In this document: positions 19,608 to 27,879 of the stretch, piece after piece
How positions within the stretch are numbered: the stretch's first letter is position 1
How the letters are laid out: every line of letters begins with the position of its first letter
NCBI GenBank assembly: GCA_965223325.1
Contig: CBDCWI010000002.1
Span: 1,120,001 to 1,184,000, forward strand
DNA length: 64,000 bases
Source of the DNA: Candidatus Multivoradales bacterium
GTDB taxonomy: Bacteria; Acidobacteriota; Thermoanaerobaculia; Multivoradales; Multivoraceae
Reading direction: 5' to 3'
Position numbers and translations under genes: made by a program
The notes under the pieces: model-generated
What the model was told of the DNA's origin: nothing
Seen by the model: only the letters and a program-made list of their open reading frames with translations
Database searches by the model: none

Positions 19608-21911
19608 TCAGCCCACCCGCGCTGCAACAAGCTCGCCGCTGCCTTCTAGAAGCCGCACGGACCGGTCCACAGCGACGTTCTCGAACACCTCGGTGACGTC
19701 GCTCGTTGGCCAGTACACCTCGAGGCGTTCGATGCGCGTCGCACGACCCGTACCAATGGTCTGGCGAAGGGGGTTGCAGCCGAAGCTGCCACCGCTCGTC
19801 ACCCATCGGTAGATCGAGCGCCCGGCACCGCCTTCTAGAATGTCGGCGCGAATCCGGGCACCGATCGCTGAGCGGTTCGAACGCACGCCGACGAGCTCGA
19901 CCTCGAGCCAATGGTTCTTGAAACCCGGGTTCTCGAAGAAGGCATCGCGATAGGCATCGCCAGGGAAAGCGCCGCCCATCTGTGCGAAGAGATCGATGTC
20001 TCCGTCGCGATCCCAGTCGCCAAACGCCACACCGTGTCCCTTCTGCAGGTGGCCCACACCGGCCGGCCAGGTCACGTCGCGGAAGCGTTGGCCGGCTTCG
20101 TTGTGGTACAGCACATTCGGCATCAGGCCCTCGTAGTCGGGATAGCCAGTGCCAAGGTAGAAGTCGAGCCAACCATCCGAGTCGATGTCGCCAAAGTTCG
20201 ACCCCATGGGGAGGTGGAGGCGTTCGAGACCGACACGCTGGGCGACGTCGACGAATCGACCTCGGCCGTCACCGCGGTAGAGCCGCGCCGACTCCCAGGG
20301 CACCTCTGCGCCGAAGTAGCTGGCCGCCACCAGGCCAACGCTATCGGCCGAACCACGGTAGCTCGAAACATAGAGGTCAAGGTGGCCGTCACCGTCGTAG
20401 TCCCAGAACCAGGTCGGGAAACTGTTGGCGGGCTCTTTGACACCGGCACGCGTGGCGATGTCCTCGAAGGTTCCGTCGCCACGGTTCCTGAACAGATGGT
20501 TCGCGCCGCCCAGAACCGAAAGGAAGAGATCCGGGTAGCGGTCGCCATCGACATCGCCCCAGACGGCTCCCTTGACGAAAGCGCGCACCGCCACTCCGGC
20601 TTCCTCGGCAATATCGACGAAAGTGCCATCGCCCTGGTTGCGAAACAGCTGGCTCGGGGCTTCGAAGCTCGGCGCCTCGCCACGCAGCCCGGTCGAGCTT
20701 TCGCCATGTTCGTTGCCCACGAACAGGTCGAGATCACCGTCGTTGTCGAAGTCGGCAAAGGCGGCGGTCTGCGTCGGGAAGTGCTCTTCGCCGAGCCCCG
20801 CATCGAAGGTCACGTCGATGAAGCTTGTGCGACCGGGACGCGCTTGATCGGTCTCGTTACGCAGCAGTGAGTTCGGATAGCGACCCGCGGCCTCGAGCCA
20901 GGCGCCGCGCAGCACGAAGAGGTCCAGATCGCCGTCGTTGTCGACGTCTCCACTCACCACGTTGAGCCCACCGTAGAGACCCGCGAGGTTCGCCTCCTCG
21001 CTTCGCTTCTCGAAGCCTTCACCGGTGTTGTGGAAGTACTGCGCCTCGCCGGCTGTATCGAATGTGGTTGTAAACAGGTCCAGCCGGCCGTCGCCGTCGA
21101 GGTCGTCGAGCACCGCACCTCCGGAGAGCCCGAAGGTCGCCACGCCGAGCTCCGGAGCCGCGTTCCTTAGACGTGGGAACGACTCCTGACTGCCGAACAC
21201 CTCGGGTGGGATCCGCTGATCTCTGGCCAACCCGTCTGGATAGGTGCCGAGGGTCATGTGCGCCAGGTTGAGTAGCCACACCGCCTGCAAGTGAAGGAGC
21301 GTACTGCGTGACGTGTTCGCCGCGACCTCTCCAAACACCCGGGTCGCCGCCTCGGCATGCTGGCGTTCGCGGTGCACTCCCGCACCGCGGATCGGCAGGA
21401 TGCAGGCCTCCGCTACGTGCCGATCGACGCAGTTCTCGGTCTCTCCAGCCCGCATGTGCGCTACTCCGAGCCTGAAGGCGGCGACGAGCTGCCGGTCGCT
21501 GTTCGCATCGAGCGCCCCAAAGAGCGCCAATGCCTCCTCGAAACGCGCAATGGCTCTGTCTTCGTTGCCGAGCCGCAGCTCGTGCTCGGCAACTCTGAGG
21601 GTCGCCTCGAAACGCACAGCCGGCGGCGCGTCGGGCGCGAGGGCGTTGTAGCGCGCACGCGCCTCGCGGGCTCTTCGGTCACCGAGCCAGTGGTTCAGCT
21701 CCGCTGTGTCCTGGCGGACCCGGTCGAGGACCGCAAGCATCCGGTCGTGGGACGGCGGCTGAGCGGCCTTCTCCGCAACAGCCGCCTCGGAATGCTGCTC
21801 CGGATCTTGCGGTCCGCTCTGCTCGGAGGTACAACCGATGAGACACCCGAGAAGCGCCAGCCCTCTCAGGCCACAACGGAGAGCAGGTTGCGATCGCGGC
21901 GCGTCCAACAT
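19608..21911 (-). CDS. CRTAC1/ASPIC-UnbV family protein with TPR-like N-domain, subtype B (lipoprotein)
   Basis: LIGC lipobox; clear paralogue of 10839-13133. The ATG at 21911 is preferred because it avoids overlap with the divergent gene. Confidence 0.85.
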   Translation of the reverse strand: MLDAPRSQPALRCGLRGLALLGCLIGCTSEQSGPQDPEQHSEAAVAEKAAQPPSHDRMLAVLDRVRQDTAELNHWLGDRRAREARARYNALAPDAPPAVRFEATLRVAEHELRLGNEDRAIARFEEALALFGALDANSDRQLVAAFRLGVAHMRAGETENCVDRHVAEACILPIRGAGVHRERQHAEAATRVFGEVAANTSRSTLLHLQAVWLLNLAHMTLGTYPDGLARDQRIPPEVFGSQESFPRLRNAAPELGVATFGLSGGAVLDDLDGDGRLDLFTTTFDTAGEAQYFHNTGEGFEKRSEEANLAGLYGGLNVVSGDVDNDGDLDLFVLRGAWLEAAGRYPNSLLRNETDQARPGRTSFIDVTFDAGLGEEHFPTQTAAFADFDNDGDLDLFVGNEHGESSTGLRGEAPSFEAPSQLFRNQGDGTFVDIAEEAGVAVRAFVKGAVWGDVDGDRYPDLFLSVLGGANHLFRNRGDGTFEDIATRAGVKEPANSFPTWFWDYDGDGHLDLYVSSYRGSADSVGLVAASYFGAEVPWESARLYRGDGRGRFVDVAQRVGLERLHLPMGSNFGDIDSDGWLDFYLGTGYPDYEGLMPNVLYHNEAGQRFRDVTWPAGVGHLQKGHGVAFGDWDRDGDIDLFAQMGGAFPGDAYRDAFFENPGFKNHWLEVELVGVRSNRSAIGARIRADILEGGAGRSIYRWVTSGGSFGCNPLRQTIGTGRATRIERLEVYWPTSDVTEVFENVAVDRSVRLLEGSGELVAARVG

Positions 21912-21965
21912 GTTCGACAGGATACTCTCGATACGATCGGCTCCCGGCCCCCAGGACGCCCGTCG

Positions 21966-23726
21966 ATGGTGCACTTACTCTTCATCAAGGCAGCGCTTGC
22001 CACAGCGTTCTTTGTTGCGCAGGCGCCGCCCTACGATCTCGAGCAGATTCCGGTTCCCCTGCTCGACGCCTTCGAGGAAGGGGTGCGCGCGCAACTCGAA
22101 GAGGCACGCCAACGCGCCCTCGATAAAGACGCCGAAGGGCTCGCCCGCCTCTGCCTGCTCTACCAGCACTACGAGCTCTTCCAATCCGCTAGGCCCTGCC
22201 TCGAGCAGCTGGCCGAACGCCAGGCCGGCGACGGGCGTTGGCCCTACTACCTGGGCCTTCTCCACGCACGCGAGGGCAGAAACGACCTCGCCGTCGAAGC
22301 GTTCGAGCGCGCGCAGGCCCTGCTGCCAGGGTTCCCCGCCACATCGGTACGTCTCGGCGACCTGCGACTCGCCCAAGGTGACCTCGAGGGTGCCGAGCAT
22401 GCCTATCGTCGTGCGATGAACGACAGAGGCACAAAAGACGCAGCGCGTTTTGGTCTGGCCCGTATTGCGCTCGAACGCGGGAACCCCCGAGGGGCGATCC
22501 GCGACTTGGAAGCCATCCTTCCCACCCAGCCAGCCGGCAGCACGGTCCATCACCATCTCGGCCTGGCGTGGCGGGCCAGCGGCGACCTCGAGCGCGCCCG
22601 CGCCGAGCTGGCGCGCAACCAACATGTTCCGGTGTCGTTCGCCGACTCGTTCGCCGCCGCCCTCACCGCACTCGACGTAAGCCGCGAGGCGATCTTCAAC
22701 CGCGCGGTCGAGGCGTCGCGTCTCGGCCGTCATGAGCAGGCCATCGGTGACTTTCGCGAGCTCCTCACGAAACACCCAGACGACGCCGAGGCGCACTACA
22801 ACCTCGCCCGTGCGCTCGGCGAGATCGGCGACCTCGTCGCGTCGGAGCACCACCTGCGCGAAGCCATCCGCATAAGGCCCACCTTTCGCGACGCCCACTT
22901 CAACCTCGCGGTACTGCTCGGCCGTTCGAAACGCGGCGAGGAGTCGCAGTCGCACCTCGAGCGCGTAGCGACCCTCGACCCCGACTACGCTCCGGCGCAG
23001 ATGCTGTTGGGGCGGACACTTGCCGAACGTGGCGACCTCGGCAGCGCACAGCGCCGTTTCGCTTCGGTTCTAGAGCGCGATCCTGCCCATGCTGAAGCGC
23101 ACTACTGGCTCGCCATGGCCCAGCTGGCCGAGAACGGAGGGGATGCGCTTCGAGCACGGGACGCCGCCGAAGGACATCTTCGCCAGGCACGCCGACTGGC
23201 TCCCGCGTGGCCGCTACCAGTCCGGGCCCTGGCGCAGCTCCTGGCTCGAGGCGGCAACCTGGCCGCCGCCGCGATTGAGTACCAGGCTCTCCTCGAGCTG
23301 TCACCCCTGGAGCCGCCCGCACACCTGGGCCTGGCCCAGGCCCGCATCCTCACCAGCGAGTACCGAGCCGCCATCACCGGTCTCGAAGAGGCCCTGGCCA
23401 GCTCAGACGCCAAGCTCAGCCGTCATCCGCGGCTCTTGGACCTGACCGCGCGGCTCCTCGCCACCTGCCCAGACCCGGCAATCCGCGACGGAGCACGCGC
23501 CGAGATCCTGGCACGGCGCGTCATGGGTGCAGCACCGAATCTCGACGCCGCCGAGACGCTGGCCATGGCCCTGGCTGAACAAGGACGATTCGAGGAGGCA
23601 GTTCAACTGCAGCGCGAGGTCCTCGAGCGTGAACGGCAGTCGCTTGGCCAGCCATCACCTGCTCGGCAGGCACACCTGGCGCGTTACCTCAACGGTGAGC
23701 CGGTGCGAGCCCCGTGGCTGCCCTGA
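21966..23726 (+). CDS. Exported TPR protein (586 aa)
   Basis: Signal peptide from the ATG at 21966, many TPRs, WPYY, and a C-terminal LATCPDPAIRDG..A motif. Confidence 0.82.
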   Translation: MVHLLFIKAALATAFFVAQAPPYDLEQIPVPLLDAFEEGVRAQLEEARQRALDKDAEGLARLCLLYQHYELFQSARPCLEQLAERQAGDGRWPYYLGLLHAREGRNDLAVEAFERAQALLPGFPATSVRLGDLRLAQGDLEGAEHAYRRAMNDRGTKDAARFGLARIALERGNPRGAIRDLEAILPTQPAGSTVHHHLGLAWRASGDLERARAELARNQHVPVSFADSFAAALTALDVSREAIFNRAVEASRLGRHEQAIGDFRELLTKHPDDAEAHYNLARALGEIGDLVASEHHLREAIRIRPTFRDAHFNLAVLLGRSKRGEESQSHLERVATLDPDYAPAQMLLGRTLAERGDLGSAQRRFASVLERDPAHAEAHYWLAMAQLAENGGDALRARDAAEGHLRQARRLAPAWPLPVRALAQLLARGGNLAAAAIEYQALLELSPLEPPAHLGLAQARILTSEYRAAITGLEEALASSDAKLSRHPRLLDLTARLLATCPDPAIRDGARAEILARRVMGAAPNLDAAETLAMALAEQGRFEEAVQLQREVLERERQSLGQPSPARQAHLARYLNGEPVRAPWLP

Positions 23727-23790
23727 CCACATCGAGAACCCTGGCCGCGACGAGTCACTCAGGCCGGTGTTTCGACCGAGGACCGATCCA

Positions 23791-24669
23791 TCAGCATCGG
23801 CGAATTCGAATCGGCACTCCATCGGGGTCGGAGAAGCGTTCGATTCTCGCTGCCTCCCCCGCGCCGGGCCCACCAGCTGCCTCGAACGCCAGATGCTCCA
23901 GGCCGCAGAGCCGTGGCGCCAGATCACGCCACTCCTGCCCGTCGCGAGCGTAGAGCTCGAGGGTAGTGTACGGGCGTTGCCACAGCCACGGACGGTTCGC
24001 CGTCGCCTCGAGGTCTGGATCTGGTGGCCGTTCGGCGGTGAACGCGAGGAACCACAGGGTGAAGTTGAACCGCGCGACTGGTTGGCGTGACAAGAGGGTC
24101 ATACCCAGGCCACGGTAGAAGGCGAGACTCAACTCGGGCTTTCGCACCCGCAGGGTCAACTGACCGAGAACCGCCGGAGAGCCGAGCGGGAAACGCGCGT
24201 TGTCAGCTCGAGCAGGAGCGCAGGCCCGGCCGAACTGATGTTGGAGGAGTTCGATGGCATGGCCGTCCGGATCCGCCAGATGGCACAAGTAGCCGACGTC
24301 CTCGAACTGACGAGGCTCCGAGACCTCGACCTCCGCCGCACGAAGATGCTGCGCCGCCAGGTCGACGTTCGGCAGCGTGATCCCCAGCTTCCACCAGGTA
24401 TCGGTCGCCTCGGCCGAAAGGTCAAGGCCCTCGCGTGCACGAAGCACGAGGCGCGTCGGCTCGGGAGAACCATCGTCACAAAACGCAACCTCGGCGGCAT
24501 TCTCGCCCTCCTCGAGCACGGTCATCCCCAACCGATCGCGGTAGAAGGCGAGGCTCTCCGATAGATCAGACACCGCTATCGTGGCACTCTCGATCCGGCC
24601 TCGGGATCCGGGCGAGCGTGGCTCATCTCCCGACACGCCTCGAACCGTGTCACGGGCGTCCGAGGTCAC
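23791..24669 (-). CDS. Two-domain VOC/glyoxalase I-like protein
   Basis: Two SLAFY..LGM repeats and DPDG motifs. Start overlaps the stop of the upstream TPR gene. Confidence 0.8.
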   Translation of the reverse strand: MTSDARDTVRGVSGDEPRSPGSRGRIESATIAVSDLSESLAFYRDRLGMTVLEEGENAAEVAFCDDGSPEPTRLVLRAREGLDLSAEATDTWWKLGITLPNVDLAAQHLRAAEVEVSEPRQFEDVGYLCHLADPDGHAIELLQHQFGRACAPARADNARFPLGSPAVLGQLTLRVRKPELSLAFYRGLGMTLLSRQPVARFNFTLWFLAFTAERPPDPDLEATANRPWLWQRPYTTLELYARDGQEWRDLAPRLCGLEHLAFEAAGGPGAGEAARIERFSDPDGVPIRIRRC

Positions 24670-25970
24670 GGCCGGCGGCCTGCGCGGTACGCGGCCAAGG
24701 CATGCTTGCGTTCCTCGACGACGGCGGGCGCCCCAGCCTCAACAGCCATCTCGAGAGCCTGTTCAGCACGCAGCACTGCGCCCTCGAAGTCGCCCACCGC
24801 AGCAAGCCCATCGGCCAGCTCGACCAACACACTCTCCAGGACGGCGCGGAGTTCGCGCTGGTGGTCTCGGGCAGCGAAAGCTTTGTCGAGTGCCGGTAGA
24901 AGCGCCGCGACATCGCCGCGCCGCGCCGCGGCCAGGGCGCGCAGTACGAGCATGTGAAAGTGACCAGGGCGAACCTCCAGCACCTTGCCAGCCAGCCGAT
25001 CGGCGTCTTGAAACCGGCCAATCTTCCACCAGTTCGATGCCAGCATGGCCGTGGCGTCGACTCTCTGTTCCCCGGACGCCCTGCCGAGAGCCCGTTCGGC
25101 TGCGGCGGCGGCATCGGTGGGACGACCTTGTAGCTCATGGGCTGAAGCCGTCATCAGCCAGGCACTGGGGTTCTCAGGGTCCAGCTTGCGCAACTCGTCG
25201 AGTACCTTGAGCGCTGCCTCGGCCTGGCCGCTATCCAGTGACATGCGGGCGCGTCGGAGGAAGCCACCGACATCAACTGCCCGTGCGGAGATCTCGGCTC
25301 GTAGCGGGTCGCGATGCTTCAGTGTGCGCGAGAAGCCTCGCGCGGCTGCAATCAGGCTTTGAGCCTCGTCACGCCGGCCCGCCTGGTGATACGCACGCGC
25401 GAGAGTCGCGGCGATCGCCTGACTCGCTGGTGCAAACCGGCGGGCGCGCTCCAAGAGGGCGATCGCCTCGCCGACTTGGCCACGGCGCAGCGCGAGCCGG
25501 CCGAGCCCGAAGTGCCCCAGGGCGTTCTGAGGATCGAGGACCGCGGCTCGCTTGTAGAGCCCAGCGGCCTCTTGTTCGCGGCCCAGTTTCTCGACGGTTT
25601 CTCCCCAACGAATGTAGAGCGGAGCGTAGTTCGAAAGAGTCGCCGCCGCCCGTTCGAACCACCCGGACGCAGCAGCAGGATCCTCAGACGAAAGCAGCAT
25701 GGCACGGAAGTACGGCCACCGGACATTCCCGGGGTCAAGTTCGGCAGCTCGCTCGTAGGCACTGCCCGCCGGGACAATCAGCCCGTGGGCCTCGAGGATC
25801 ATTCCGTAGTCGCCCCAATTGGCGCCGTCGGAGGGCGTTTCCACAACCTGACCGCGAGCGGCCTCGATCGCCGTGACGACATTGGCGTCGAGGCCACTGA
25901 GCTCCGGCTGCGGTACAGGTTGTGCTGAAGAGGTCGCGGCAAGAGCCAGCACTGCGACGATGAACATCAT
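24666..25970 (-). CDS. Exported TPR protein
   Basis: Signal peptide MMFIVAVLALAATSSA, TPRs and a WPYF motif; paralogue of the other two TPR genes. Confidence 0.8.
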   Translation of the reverse strand: MMFIVAVLALAATSSAQPVPQPELSGLDANVVTAIEAARGQVVETPSDGANWGDYGMILEAHGLIVPAGSAYERAAELDPGNVRWPYFRAMLLSSEDPAAASGWFERAAATLSNYAPLYIRWGETVEKLGREQEAAGLYKRAAVLDPQNALGHFGLGRLALRRGQVGEAIALLERARRFAPASQAIAATLARAYHQAGRRDEAQSLIAAARGFSRTLKHRDPLRAEISARAVDVGGFLRRARMSLDSGQAEAALKVLDELRKLDPENPSAWLMTASAHELQGRPTDAAAAAERALGRASGEQRVDATAMLASNWWKIGRFQDADRLAGKVLEVRPGHFHMLVLRALAAARRGDVAALLPALDKAFAARDHQRELRAVLESVLVELADGLAAVGDFEGAVLRAEQALEMAVEAGAPAVVEERKHALAAYRAGRRP

Positions 25971-26017
25971 CGCCACTCTCAGAAGCCAACGGGCGGAGTG
26001 AAAGAACGCTCCGGCGG

Positions 26018-27865
26018 TCACCGAACTGAAACTCCGGTTCCGCGCTCGAGCCGGCGCGCTTTCGAAACTTCGCCGCCAGGGAACGACTCGGCCATTCCAT
26101 CCGGCCACCTGACTTCGATGCGATCGATCGCCGTCAACTGACCGAGGCCAAAGTGTACGACTGGCTCACGACCCGAGAGGTAGGAACCCCCGCTCGAGAC
26201 CACGCCGATGAAACGTCGCTCGCCAGCGAACAGCGCGATCGTCGCACCAAGAGCGTCTCGGCCACCGCGTTCCGGCAGGACGGCACGTACGCTGAGAAAG
26301 GAGCCCCTCGAGCCGTCCGAACCCTTCGAGTCGTTGCGATAGATCCTCACCGGGCCTTCTACATTGGACAAGACAAGATCGAGATCACCATCTCGATCCA
26401 GGTCAGCAGGCACCAACCCTCTGCTCACTTCGGCTGACGCGAAGAAATCACCTTCGCCCTCCGCGGCCTCAACGTAGCCCCCCGCCGAGGAGGTCAACAG
26501 CGAGTTGCGCTCGCCATAGGCATTCCAGAAGCCTGGGCTCGCTCCTTCTTGCGGCTCCGACCGGCGCTTGACGGCACCGTTCGCAATCGCCACGTCGAGG
26601 TCGCCGTCGAGGTCGCCGTCGAAGAACACGGTTCCGAAACCGGTGACTCCAAGTGACGGAAGACCGACACCGGCCTCGGCGGAAATATCCTCGAACCCGA
26701 CCGCGCCTCGGTTTCCGTAGAGCGTGTTGGTCTCGTCGGCCAGGTGCGTCACCATGAGATCGAAATCACCGTCGCCGTCTGCGTCACCTACCGCAACTCC
26801 CATGCCTGCCTCTCCCACTCCGTAGCGGTTGAACGCGAGGCCCTCGAGAATCGCCTCGTCTTCGAGCCGACCGTCGCGCCACACCCATAAGAGGTTGGGA
26901 TCCGAGTCGTTGGCAACGTATAGCGCTGGCGGGCCGGAGTCCGCGACCGGAAGCAGGTCGACTCCCAGTCCACGGTATCGCAGCCTCTGGACTCCCCAGG
27001 GGCCGGACATATCTTCGAAGCCCCGCCCGTCCAGGTTGCGGTAGACACGGTCGGGCAGGGCAGCAAGTTGCGCTGGGCCGCAATAGTCTGGCCGGCCGCC
27101 CTCGAGGAAACACTCGCGACCGATTCGGTAGTCGACGTAGCGAGTGACGTAGAGGTCGAGCCAGCCGTCTCGGTCGAGGTCGACGAAGGTTGCCGAGGCC
27201 GACCAGCCATCTCGAGCAAGCACGTCTCCCTGACGCTGCGCGAAACGGCCTCCTTCGTTGCGCAGCAACTCGTCGCCGCCCCAGGCGCTGATGAAAACGT
27301 CCAGGTCACCATCGTTGTCAACGTCGCCCAGGGCACATCCTTGTCCCCAACGCTCATCGTCCCCAGGCGACACCGCGAGGCCAGCAGCCACCGAGGCGTC
27401 CTCGAACCGCATTGGCTCGACCTGTCGAAACAGTCGATTGCCCCACCCGGCGCCTGGCCGGCCACCGACCGCCAACACGTCAACCCATCCATCACCGTCA
27501 GCGTCGAAGACGCAGAGGCCCCCGCCCATGATGGCGGGCATCGGCCAGGTCCCTTCACTGGCCGTCCGGTGTCGGAGCTCGAGACCCGCTGAGGTTGTCA
27601 CGTCGACGAAAGAAAGCCCGCTGCTCCCGTCGCCTCCAACGACGCTCGCGGGCTCCCTGGCTGCTCCGCCCGGGCCGGGTCTGCTATCGCGGGCACAAGA
27701 GAGAACGGCGAAGGTCAGCGCCAAAAGGCAGAATCTCGAAAGCGTTGACAACACGTCGCGTGACGGTCTCGCCTGCAGGCTGCCGAGACGAAAACGGGCC
27801 AGCCCAAACGGCTGGCCCGATTTCTCACCAGGAAAGGCACCGGAGTAGGCCACCTCTTCCGGCAA
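26018..27865 (-). CDS. CRTAC1/ASPIC-UnbV family protein, subtype A (possible lipoprotein)
   Basis: VLSC lipobox-like motif, DxDxDG repeats, GEAGMGV and an ASPIC C-domain. The true start is probably downstream of 27865. Confidence 0.85.
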   Translation of the reverse strand: MPEEVAYSGAFPGEKSGQPFGLARFRLGSLQARPSRDVLSTLSRFCLLALTFAVLSCARDSRPGPGGAAREPASVVGGDGSSGLSFVDVTTSAGLELRHRTASEGTWPMPAIMGGGLCVFDADGDGWVDVLAVGGRPGAGWGNRLFRQVEPMRFEDASVAAGLAVSPGDDERWGQGCALGDVDNDGDLDVFISAWGGDELLRNEGGRFAQRQGDVLARDGWSASATFVDLDRDGWLDLYVTRYVDYRIGRECFLEGGRPDYCGPAQLAALPDRVYRNLDGRGFEDMSGPWGVQRLRYRGLGVDLLPVADSGPPALYVANDSDPNLLWVWRDGRLEDEAILEGLAFNRYGVGEAGMGVAVGDADGDGDFDLMVTHLADETNTLYGNRGAVGFEDISAEAGVGLPSLGVTGFGTVFFDGDLDGDLDVAIANGAVKRRSEPQEGASPGFWNAYGERNSLLTSSAGGYVEAAEGEGDFFASAEVSRGLVPADLDRDGDLDLVLSNVEGPVRIYRNDSKGSDGSRGSFLSVRAVLPERGGRDALGATIALFAGERRFIGVVSSGGSYLSGREPVVHFGLGQLTAIDRIEVRWPDGMAESFPGGEVSKARRLERGTGVSVR

Positions 27866-27879
27866 CCTGTCTCAGGTTC

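Noticed and set aside
21357-21965. N-terminal 200 aa of the 789 aa TPR ORF
   Set aside because: It is antisense to the CRTAC1 gene; a clean signal peptide begins at the ATG at 21966.
9112-27865. Enediyne biosynthetic cluster (UnbV homologues)
   Set aside because: There is no PKSE, thioesterase or UnbU-like gene; ASPIC/UnbV domains alone are not diagnostic.
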